Assembly: GCF_000025945.1 (NCBI RefSeq)
Contig: NC_006138.1
Location: forward strand, 840,001 to 872,000
Source of the DNA: Desulfotalea psychrophila LSv54
Lineage (GTDB): Bacteria > Desulfobacterota > Desulfobulbia > Desulfobulbales > Desulfocapsaceae
Reading direction: 5' to 3'
DNA: 32,000 nt
Below the pieces are notes generated by a model that worked only from the letters and a program-made list of their open reading frames with translations, had not been told where the DNA came from and ran no database searches. Positions 1 to 8,004 of this stretch are shown here, one piece after another. Within the stretch, counting starts at the first letter, position 1, and the number at the start of each line of letters is the position of its first letter. The position numbers and the translations under genes were made by a program.

Positions 1-1791
1 AAGACCGTTTTGAGCGCCGAGGCTGACAATTACCGGGGCCATTAGGGTCGATACCACGATATAGTTTGCTGTGGTGGGCAGTCCCATTCCCAAGAGGAGG
101 GAAATTACGGCGGTAAAAATGAGGATGAGCATCAGGTTGCCGCCGGAAATAAATTCGACAAACTCGGTCATAACCAGACCGATACCGGTGAGGGTTACGG
201 TGCCAACTACCAGGCCTGCGGCGGCCGTGGCAACACCGATGCCGATCATATTACGTCCACCTGCTACCATTCCGTTGATAAGTTCACTCGCACCCCGATT
301 CCACTGAGACTCTTTCGCCTCGATTTTACGAAAGAAGGATTTGAGGGGGTGCTGGGTGACCACAATGACCATCAGCAATATCGTTGCATAGAATGCAGAG
401 AGAGCGGGTGAGAGTCGTTCCACCGTCAGGCACCACATGAGGACAACAATGGGCAGGAGGTAATAGTAGCCTGCCTGGGCAGTTGAACCCAGATCAGGTA
501 GTTCTTTGATTTCAGTGTCAGTGGGAAGCTCTGGGACACGGCAGGCCAGTTTAACCAAGAGGAGATAGGCGATAACCAGCAGGGTCATGACAATGTAGAT
601 TGTTGCATCACCAGCAAGCTCCTTGATCCAGCCCATGCCGTAGTAAACAGCTGCTCCGGTAACCACAAAGACAAGTATGGTTGCCACGAATCCGAGCAGT
701 GACTGAGCAAGAGTCTTCTTGTGTCGCTTCTTCAGCCCCTTGAGATCCATCTTACATGCTTCAAGGTGAACAATATATACCAGAGCAATATAGGAGATAA
801 TGGCCGGTAAGAATGCGTGTTTAATAACTTCGATATAGGAGATACCAACATACTCGACCATAAGGAAGGCCGCCGCCCCCATAACAGGCGGGGTAAGTTG
901 ACCATTGGTGGACGAGGCAACTTCCACGGCCCCTGCTTTCTCTGCGCTGAAGCCCACTTTTTTCATCAGGGGGATGGTGAAGGTCCCGGTGGTAACAACA
1001 TTTGCAATCGAGGAGCCTGAAACAAGTCCTGTCATTGCCGAGGCCACAACGGCAGCCTTTGCCGGACCTCCACGCATATGGCCAAGGCCTGCGAAGGCGG
1101 TACGGATGAAATAGTTTCCAGCCCCGGCTGATTCCAGGAGGGAGCCGAAGAGGACAAACATAAAGACCATGCCCGTTGAGACACCAAGGGCCACGCCAAA
1201 AACACCTTCGGTGCTCAGCCAGTAATGAGACATGCCTTTGGCAATGCTCGCCCCTTTATGGGCAATAATATCGGGCATGATGGAGCCTGCAAAGGTGTAG
1301 AAGATAAATACCGAGGCCACCACCATAAGGGGGGGGCCGAGTGCTCTTCTGGTTGCTTCAAGCAGGAGGATAATGCCGACGATGGATACAGCTATATCTA
1401 TGCTTGTTGGATCTCCGGGACGATCGGCAAGTTGGGTGTAAAAGATAAATATATAGGCAGAAGATGCCGCTGCAATAAACCCTATAAGCCAGTCCTGCCA
1501 AGGGATGTAGGACCTGGGCGATGAGGAAAGTGTTGGGAAGGCGACATAGGCGAGGAACATGGCAAAGGCAAGGTGGATCGCCCGTGCCTGGGTTGCGTTG
1601 ATGACAAAAATATTCAACATAAATGGCAGGGGCGATGCGTACCATAGTTGAAAGAATGTCCACATCAGGGGGATGAAAAAGAGAACTTTTTTGGAAAAAG
1701 CTCCCAACGGGGCACGTCCCCCTGTGTCGGCATCAGCAATCATCTCTTCTAGTTGATGATCGTTGAGGGTGGTTTCTGTCGGTTTAGTCAT
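1..1791 (-). CDS. TRAP transporter, fused permease (TAXI-type DctQM fusion), C-terminal part runs off the left edge
   Basis: Open minus-strand frame from ATG at 1791 (MTKPTETTLNDHQLEEMIADADTGG...) to the window edge. It is hydrophobic and contains GxxxGxxFMFVLFGSLLESAGAGNYFIRTAFAGLGHMRGGPAKAAVVASAMTGLVSGSSIANVVTTGTFTIPLMKKVGF, typical of TRAP fused permeases. It is absent from the ORF track because it has no stop inside the window. Confidence 0.93.
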   Translation of the reverse strand, partial: MTKPTETTLNDHQLEEMIADADTGGRAPLGAFSKKVLFFIPLMWTFFQLWYASPLPFMLNIFVINATQARAIHLAFAMFLAYVAFPTLSSSPRSYIPWQDWLIGFIAAASSAYIFIFYTQLADRPGDPTSIDIAVSIVGIILLLEATRRALGPPLMVVASVFIFYTFAGSIMPDIIAHKGASIAKGMSHYWLSTEGVFGVALGVSTGMVFMFVLFGSLLESAGAGNYFIRTAFAGLGHMRGGPAKAAVVASAMTGLVSGSSIANVVTTGTFTIPLMKKVGFSAEKAGAVEVASSTNGQLTPPVMGAAAFLMVEYVGISYIEVIKHAFLPAIISYIALVYIVHLEACKMDLKGLKKRHKKTLAQSLLGFVATILVFVVTGAAVYYGMGWIKELAGDATIYIVMTLLVIAYLLLVKLACRVPELPTDTEIKELPDLGSTAQAGYYYLLPIVVLMWCLTVERLSPALSAFYATILLMVIVVTQHPLKSFFRKIEAKESQWNRGASELINGMVAGGRNMIGIGVATAAAGLVVGTVTLTGIGLVMTEFVEFISGGNLMLILIFTAVISLLLGMGLPTTANYIVVSTLMAPVIVSLGAQNGL

Positions 1792-2077
1792 GCTTCGACT
1801 CCTTTTTAGTAAAATACGGAAAGCTGCCGCCGTAGTGGGTATGTAAATAGCTCTGAATTGTCTTATGCCCTATTGGACAAAGATAAATAGCCCACGAGTC
1901 TGTAACACGTAGATTTCCTAAAACAGCAAATAAATAGATAGTTGCTCTGATGATATGCTATGTAAAGACTAACAGAAAACTAGATAAAAAATAAGAAAAG
2001 GTTCTTATTTTAAGGGTGAAAATAGTAGCTGTTGGAAAATATTCCACCAATAAAAATTGGGGGAAGCGCAATCTGTG

Positions 2078-2123
2078 GCCTATACTTGTCCACTTCAGCA
2101 AGCTGAGGTGGAAAAGCATAGGC
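2078..2123 (-). promoter_or_regulatory. Long near-perfect hairpin between the TRAP solute-binding protein gene and the permease gene
   Basis: GCCTATaCTTgtCCACTTCAGC-AA-GCTGAGGTGGaaAAGcATAGGC, about 19 bp paired around a 2-nt apex. No U-tract abuts it. Confidence 0.7.
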
Positions 2124-2144
2124 GGTCTACAATAAACGAAAGGC

Positions 2145-3122
2145 CTACATTAAACCAGCTTCTTTGTAGTACTTCACCGCACCGGGATGAAGAGGTGCTG
2201 AGAGACCATCTTTGATCATCTCTTCTTTTTTCAGGTTAGCAAAGGCTGGATGCAGCTTTTTGAAGGTATCAAAGTTTTCAAATACAGATTTGACAACGGT
2301 GTAAACAACCTCATCGGGTACATCGGTGGAGGAAACGAGGGTTGCTCCAACGCCAAAGGTTTTCGCATCTTCAGGATTACCACGGTACATGCCGCCCGGG
2401 ATGGTGGCGATTCGGTAGTAATCATTGTCGGCAACGAGTTTATCAACAGCTGGGCCATCTACATTGACCAAAACTGCTTCGCAGGAGGTAGTGGCCTCTT
2501 TGATGGAACCGTTTGGATGTCCTGCTGCAAAGACGATGGCATCAACCTTGTTGTCACAGAGGGCCTTAGCCTGTTCGGACGCTTTGAGCTGAGAGATCAA
2601 CTTGAAATCATCTCTGGTCCAACCGATTGCCTTGAGAAGTACAGCGGTGGTGCCGTTCTGGCCGGAACCGGGGTTGCCAATATTGAAGCGCTTGCCCTTG
2701 AGGTCAGTGAAATTTTTAACGCCTGAGTCAGCACGGGCGACAACTGTGTAGGGTTCCGGGTGCAGAGAGAACACAGCACGCAATTTTTTATTTGGTCCCT
2801 TCGCAGCAAATTTGCTTGTGCCGTTATAGGCATGATACTGCCAGTCAGACTGGGCGATTCCCATATCGAGTTCGCCTGCAGCAATTGTGTTGAGGTTATA
2901 TATGGAACCACCGGTAGCCTCAACGTTGGCCCGAATGCCGTGTTTTTTCTGGCCTTTATTTACTAAACGAGCGATGGCAGCGCCTGTGGGGTAATATACA
3001 CCGGTAACGCCACCGGTTCCGATGGTAACAAAGGTTTGGTCTGCTGCAACTGCGCTTGACATGGTAGCAAAAGCGGTTACACAACCAAAAGCGATTGCGG
3101 CCAATATGGATGTTTTTTTCAT
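2145..3122 (-). CDS. TRAP transporter solute-binding subunit, TAXI family
   Basis: 325 aa with signal peptide (MKKTSILAAIAFGCVTAFATMSSAVAA), then TFVTIGTGGVTGVYYPTGAAIARLVNKGQKKHGIRANVEATGGSIYNLNTI, characteristic of TAXI receptors. Adjacent to the fused permease. Confidence 0.95.
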   Translation of the reverse strand: MKKTSILAAIAFGCVTAFATMSSAVAADQTFVTIGTGGVTGVYYPTGAAIARLVNKGQKKHGIRANVEATGGSIYNLNTIAAGELDMGIAQSDWQYHAYNGTSKFAAKGPNKKLRAVFSLHPEPYTVVARADSGVKNFTDLKGKRFNIGNPGSGQNGTTAVLLKAIGWTRDDFKLISQLKASEQAKALCDNKVDAIVFAAGHPNGSIKEATTSCEAVLVNVDGPAVDKLVADNDYYRIATIPGGMYRGNPEDAKTFGVGATLVSSTDVPDEVVYTVVKSVFENFDTFKKLHPAFANLKKEEMIKDGLSAPLHPGAVKYYKEAGLM

Positions 3123-3498
3123 ACATGTACCTCTTTTTTTAGTGGATGGATAAAGGGCCCTTGTCTCTGGGCAGTGGCCAAAGAAAGAAGCTGAATTCTC
3201 TTATGCGAAGCTATTGCAAAGAGATCCCTGCAAACAAGATGGATTCAAGAAAATGAATTCGCTCTCCCTAGTCCACACTGAAATGACGAAAATGTCAAGT
3301 TTTTTGCTTTGTCTGGTCGGAGGGAAAAGTTTTTGGGGTAGGCAACGACTTTGTAGGAAGAATGGCTTGAAATGGCCTTAAGACAGGGTTTTGAACTTGT
3401 CTTTTCAAGAATTTTACGGCATGGCAGAATAAAACTGCTTATGGTACATTAATAGGTTTTATAACTTCTAATCATTAAATATTCACATATAAAATATC

Positions 3499-4008
3499 AT
3501 GGCAATATTAAAAATTTGTACATACCCGGATCCTGTGTTGAGGAAAGAGACTGTGGCTATCACTGTCTTTGATGAAAAATTGGTCAAGCTTACCGAAGAT
3601 ATGGCGGAGACGATGTACGATGCTCCGGGTATTGGTCTTGCTGCTCCGCAAATTGGGGAATCTCTCAAGCTTGTTGTGGTGAGTACTGCTAGGAGGGAAG
3701 ATTCCAAGCAAGAGTATATGGTTATGGCCAATCCTGAAATAGTTGAGAAGGAGGAGAGCCAGGTTGATGAAGAGGGTTGCCTCAGTGTTCCGGAGCTTCT
3801 CGCTATGGTAAAACGGTATCGTAAGATCAAGGTGAACTATCAGGATATAAATGGTGAACCTTGTAGTATGACCGTTGAAGATCGCTTTGCCGTTGTCCTT
3901 CAGCACGAAATTGATCATCTTAACGGAATCCTCTTTTTAGATCATCTTTCTTCCTTAAAGCGTAACCTGTATAAGAAAAAGGTGAAAAAATGGTTTCTTC
4001 CCAGATAG
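3499..4008 (+). CDS. def: Peptide deformylase
   Basis: 169 aa with all three motifs: GIGLAAPQIG, EGCLS and QHEIDHLNG. Confidence 0.98.
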   Translation: MAILKICTYPDPVLRKETVAITVFDEKLVKLTEDMAETMYDAPGIGLAAPQIGESLKLVVVSTARREDSKQEYMVMANPEIVEKEESQVDEEGCLSVPELLAMVKRYRKIKVNYQDINGEPCSMTVEDRFAVVLQHEIDHLNGILFLDHLSSLKRNLYKKKVKKWFLPR

Positions 4009-4961
4009 AGAGTGAAGAAAAATCTTTGCGGATTATTTTCATGGGCACCCCTGACTTTGCCTCCTCAAACCTTCGGGCCCTGCTTGCGGGACCTGATCAG
4101 GTGGTGGCTGTGGTCACCCAACCAGACCGACCCAAGGGACGTGGAAAAAAATTGACCTCGCCACCGGTGAAGGTAATTGCTGAAGAGGCAGGGCTACCTG
4201 TTTTACAACCCACCAAGGTGCGTACCGATGAATTTCTGGAGGCGCTTGCCGCCTATGCTCCTGATCTTATTGTGGTCACAGCCTATGGTCGTATTCTTCC
4301 TAAGCCCATTCTAGATTTGGCCCCATTGGGCTGTATAAATGTGCATGGTTCACTTCTGCCAAAATATAGGGGGGCAGCACCTATTCAATGGGCGGTTATT
4401 CAGGGTGATGATGAGGTTGGCGTAACTACCATGCAGATGGATGAGGGGATGGATACCGGCGATATTTTGTTGCGTAAAATTATCATTCCTAGTCCTGACG
4501 AGACGGCAGGGACCCTCTTTGACAAACTTGCCGAACTTGGTACCTCTGCCCTATTGGAGACTATTGAAGGTTTGAAGAAAGGAACCATCAGGGCTGAAGC
4601 GCAGGATCATGCTCAGGCAACTGAGGCGCCTATGTTGAGTAAAAACGATGGTTTGATTGATTGGTCACGAACGGCAACGGAGCTAGAGTCTCTTATCCGG
4701 GGTATGGATCCATGGCCCAGTGCCTTCTGTTTTCTGGAGGGGAAACGCCTGCGCCTGTTTATGCCCGAGGTCTCCTATCAAAAGACCGATGCCCAGCCTG
4801 GAGCAGTTTTGCGTGCTGGCAGGGATGGTTTATTGATTGCTACCGGAAAAAATTGTCTGCTGGTTAAAGAGATCCAACCAGAGGGTAAAAAACGTATGAC
4901 AGTCGAGGCCTTTTTATGCGGGGCAAAAATAGGGGCTGAAACAGTCCTGAAAACCACTTGA
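3990..4961 (+). CDS. fmt: Methionyl-tRNA formyltransferase
   Basis: LRIIFMGTPDFASSNLRALL, GSLLPKYRGAAPIQWAVIQGD, MDTGDIL motifs; adjacent to def. The true start may be the TTG at about 4026 (LRIIFMGTP). Confidence 0.97.
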   Translation: MVSSQIESEEKSLRIIFMGTPDFASSNLRALLAGPDQVVAVVTQPDRPKGRGKKLTSPPVKVIAEEAGLPVLQPTKVRTDEFLEALAAYAPDLIVVTAYGRILPKPILDLAPLGCINVHGSLLPKYRGAAPIQWAVIQGDDEVGVTTMQMDEGMDTGDILLRKIIIPSPDETAGTLFDKLAELGTSALLETIEGLKKGTIRAEAQDHAQATEAPMLSKNDGLIDWSRTATELESLIRGMDPWPSAFCFLEGKRLRLFMPEVSYQKTDAQPGAVLRAGRDGLLIATGKNCLLVKEIQPEGKKRMTVEAFLCGAKIGAETVLKTT

Positions 4962-4967
4962 TACCTT

Positions 4968-6137
4968 ATGTCTCGAATTTGTTATCTTGATTGTTTTTCA
5001 GGGGTCAGTGGCGATATGTTGCTTGGCGCCTTTCTGGATGCAGGGGTTGAGGTCGCGGCCCTGGAGGCAGGTCTGGCAGCCCTTCACCTTGATGATCTGA
5101 TCTTAAGGACAAAGAGGGTGGAGGATTGCGGTCTGTCTGCCATTAAGGTTGATGTGGATTCTTCTCGCCGTCAGAACCTACGTACTTTGCCGGATCTGCT
5201 TCGCATTCTGCAAGAGAGCGATCTGAGCTCGCTGGTACAGGAGCGCGCCGCTTTAGTCTTTACCGCCATAGCTTCAGCAGAGGCTAAAGTACATGGGACA
5301 AGCCTTGAGCAGGTGCATTTTCATGAAATAGGTGCTCTGGATACCATTGCCGATGTAGTGGGTGTTGTTCTCTGTCTGGAACTTCTGCAGATTGATCAGC
5401 TTGTCTGTTCACCTCTGCCCCAACCGCGGGGTTTTATTGACTGTGCCCATGGCAGAATTCCACTGCCTGCACCGGCAGTTTGTGAGATTTTGCGTGGGGT
5501 GCCATCCTATGGAGTTGCTCTGGAGCAGGAGTTGGTGACGCCGACGGGTGCGGCTTTGGTTAAGGCTCTTGTCGGTGCTTTTGGTCAGTTTCCCCCCATG
5601 CAGCAACTGGCAGTCGGGTACGGGGCGGGGAGTCAAAGACTTGCCAATGGTCAGCCTAATCTGCTGCGGATTTTTGTGGGAACCCCTGATGATGTCCTTG
5701 AGGAACAGCAGGTGGAGGTGATTGAGACCAATCTTGATGACTGGAATCCTGAATCTTATCCCTATCTCTGTGAGCGTTTATTTGAACATGGTGCCCTTGA
5801 CGTGAGTCTTGCCCCTATTCAGATGAAAAAGGGGCGTCCTGGATTTTGTCTTCAGGTTATTGCCGGGCGGGAAGATAGTGCTCAACTTAAAGATATTGTC
5901 CTGCTGGAGACAACGGCCCTGGGGCTTCGTTTTCGTTTTGAATATCGCCGCACCCTGCCACGCCGAGAGCTGCATATCGAGAGTCCTTGGGGGACGATGC
6001 GGGTAAAAGAGGTTCAGCGGGGGGGCAGGCGAGTTATTATACCGGAGTATGAAGAGTGCAGACGCGTTGCAGGGGAGTATGACCTGCCACTACAAGAGGT
6101 CTATGGCAGGATCCAAGGATTGAATTTTTATGAATAA
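4968..6137 (+). CDS. larC: Nickel insertion / Ni-pincer cofactor biosynthesis protein LarC (DUF111 family)
   Basis: 389 aa: MSRICYLDCFSGVSGDMLLGAFLDAGV, EQVHFHEIGALDTIADVVG, TPTGAALVKALVGAFGQFP, ETNLDDWNPE. Confidence 0.93.
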   Translation: MSRICYLDCFSGVSGDMLLGAFLDAGVEVAALEAGLAALHLDDLILRTKRVEDCGLSAIKVDVDSSRRQNLRTLPDLLRILQESDLSSLVQERAALVFTAIASAEAKVHGTSLEQVHFHEIGALDTIADVVGVVLCLELLQIDQLVCSPLPQPRGFIDCAHGRIPLPAPAVCEILRGVPSYGVALEQELVTPTGAALVKALVGAFGQFPPMQQLAVGYGAGSQRLANGQPNLLRIFVGTPDDVLEEQQVEVIETNLDDWNPESYPYLCERLFEHGALDVSLAPIQMKKGRPGFCLQVIAGREDSAQLKDIVLLETTALGLRFRFEYRRTLPRRELHIESPWGTMRVKEVQRGGRRVIIPEYEECRRVAGEYDLPLQEVYGRIQGLNFYE

Positions 6138-6594
6138 GCTTATTATGATTTTGGCAACGGGATTCTATTCAGGTCTCTTACCCAAGGCTCCGGGCACCTG
6201 GGGTTCTCTGGTGGCGATACTGCTTTGGTTACCGCTTAGGGGACTGAGCTTACCGCACTATTTGCTTATGCTCTTGCTCGTCTTTATCCTGGGCTTTTTG
6301 GTGGCCGGTACAGCCGAAAAATTGATGAATCGTCCAGATGCTGGTGCCATTGTCATCGATGAGATCCTAGGGATGTTTATCACCCTTATGTTTGCTCCAA
6401 ATCACCCTATGGCCTGGTTCATAGGTTTTATCTTTTTTCGTATTTTTGATATTTGGAAACCCGCTCCGGTTTCGTGGTTTGATCAGCATATGCACGGAGG
6501 GCTTGGCATTATGCTTGATGACGTGATGGCAGGTATCTATGCCCTTGCCTCTTTACAGCTCTTTTGGTTTTTCTTTGGGGATTTTCTGATTTAG
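6130..6594 (+). CDS. pgpA: Phosphatidylglycerophosphatase A
   Basis: 154 aa: GLLPKAPGTWGSL, DAGAIVIDEILGMFITLMF, FRIFDIWKPAPVSWFDQ, GGLGIMLDDVMAG. Confidence 0.96.
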   Translation: MNKLIMILATGFYSGLLPKAPGTWGSLVAILLWLPLRGLSLPHYLLMLLLVFILGFLVAGTAEKLMNRPDAGAIVIDEILGMFITLMFAPNHPMAWFIGFIFFRIFDIWKPAPVSWFDQHMHGGLGIMLDDVMAGIYALASLQLFWFFFGDFLI

Positions 6595-6818
6595 TTGTGT
6601 CTGGTAATCTCTGCTGTGGCTTCGGTGAAATTTGGAATCGTTGTCTTCTCTGAAAGGATTATTGTTTCCAGGCTAGTCTCTGTTGATGCCTTGCTTGGGC
6701 CGCCGCCTATAAGGGTGCCGATAAGCAGGGCACAAAATACAAGAGAGATGTAGATGATAAACATTAAATTACCTGGATCTGTGGTTATCCCTGAACGTGC
6801 TGTTTTTTCGCTTCTCAT
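6591..6818 (-). CDS. Possible small hypothetical single-TM protein
   Basis: 75 aa with a hydrophobic stretch NLMFIIYISLVFCALLIGTLIGG; 4-bp tail overlap with pgpA. No recognised family and a weak ribosome-binding site. Confidence 0.3.
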   Translation of the reverse strand: MRSEKTARSGITTDPGNLMFIIYISLVFCALLIGTLIGGGPSKASTETSLETIILSEKTTIPNFTEATAEITRHN

Positions 6819-6981
6819 AATCTATTCTCTTTTTTGTTGTTAATTATATTAAACTACCCACTATTATATAGAAAACATCTTTGTGACATAGAGATGATGA
6901 AAAAATGACAGATTATGACAGTTTGTCAAGAAAAGCCGGAAAAAATTTGTCTGCTTACGGTCAATAGGTCATAGTTGAGGG

Positions 6982-7698
6982 ATGAGGATGGGATATAAGA
7001 TAGTATTGGTGGAAGATGATGATGTCCTTCGGGCAAATTATAGTCAGGCCCTGGAGCGGGAAGGTTATGTTGTCAGCTGTTATGCCTCTCGCTTAGAGGC
7101 AGAGCGTGCTTTTGTGGAAGAATTACCGGATCTTGCCGTCTTGGATATTATGCTTGGCGAAGAGATGGAGGGCGGGTTTGAGGTGTGCCGTCATCTGCGC
7201 CAACTCTCTCCCACCATTCCCATAATATTTCTTACCGCCCGCAATTCTGACCTGGATAGGGTCTCGGGCCTGCGTCTTGGTGCCTGGGATTATCTGACCA
7301 AGGATACAACGACCCTGGATTTTTTACCGGTGAGGATATCGACTCTCTTTAAGGTTATTGAATCGTTGCAAAGACCAAAGGATGATCTTGGTGTTGAGGT
7401 GCATAGTGGCTCATTGCGAATGAACGAGGATCGCAAACAGGTCTTTTGGCAGGGTCAGCAGGTAAATTTAACCCTGACTGAATTTTGGCTTCTCTATAGT
7501 CTTGCCCGCCGGCCCGGGCATGTGAAATCCCATGATCAGCTTATGGGGGCTGCCAATATTATTGTGACGAATAATGCCATAGCTGCTCATATTCGACGTA
7601 TACGTGATAAGTTCCGTGAGCTTGATGATGCCTTTGATGCTATTCGTACGGAGTATGGTATGGGGTATCGCTGGGTGTTAGATGATATTTCCAGGTAA
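6982..7698 (+). CDS. Two-component response regulator, proteobacterial dedicated sortase system type (PdsR-like)
   Basis: Receiver domain (VLVEDDDVLR, AVLDIMLGEEMEGGFEVCRHLR, LTARNSDLDRVSGLRLGAWDYLTKD) plus winged-helix output domain (LTLTEFWLLYSLARRPGHVKSHDQLM...IRRIRDKFRELDDAFDAIRTEYGMGYRW). Start may be ATG 6982 or 6988. Confidence 0.9.
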   Translation: MRMGYKIVLVEDDDVLRANYSQALEREGYVVSCYASRLEAERAFVEELPDLAVLDIMLGEEMEGGFEVCRHLRQLSPTIPIIFLTARNSDLDRVSGLRLGAWDYLTKDTTTLDFLPVRISTLFKVIESLQRPKDDLGVEVHSGSLRMNEDRKQVFWQGQQVNLTLTEFWLLYSLARRPGHVKSHDQLMGAANIIVTNNAIAAHIRRIRDKFRELDDAFDAIRTEYGMGYRWVLDDISR

Positions 7699-7708
7699 AG
7701 GAGGAGAG

Positions 7709-7987
7709 ATGATGGTGACTGCTATTATTTTGCTCAGAGTAGAGCGGACAAAGGTTAATGATGTTGCAGAGAAACTTGCGGATACAGAGGGGGTATCTGA
7801 GGTCTATTCGGTGAGTGGCAGGTATGATCTTATTGTCATTGTCCGGGTGGCGAGCAATGATGATCTTGCCGATCTGGTAACAGAGAAGATGAATCCCATA
7901 AAAGAGATAACCGATTCAGAGACCATGCTTGCCTTTAAGGCCTTTTCGCCCCACGATCTTGAAGCAATGTTTTCCGTTGGTATGTAG
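7709..7987 (+). CDS. Stand-alone Lrp/AsnC ligand-binding (RAM) domain protein
   Basis: MMVTAIILLRVERTKVNDVAEKLADTEGVSEVYSVSGRYDLIVIVRVASNDDLADLVTEKMNPIKEITDSETMLAFKAFS, with no HTH. AGGAGGAGAG ribosome-binding site just upstream of ATG 7709. Confidence 0.88.
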   Translation: MMVTAIILLRVERTKVNDVAEKLADTEGVSEVYSVSGRYDLIVIVRVASNDDLADLVTEKMNPIKEITDSETMLAFKAFSPHDLEAMFSVGM

Positions 7988-8004
7988 AATTCCGAGAGCG
8001 TATT

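Noticed and set aside
1225-1524. 99-aa plus-strand ORF opposite the TRAP permease
   Set aside because: Antisense to the well-supported permease frame that runs off the window edge.
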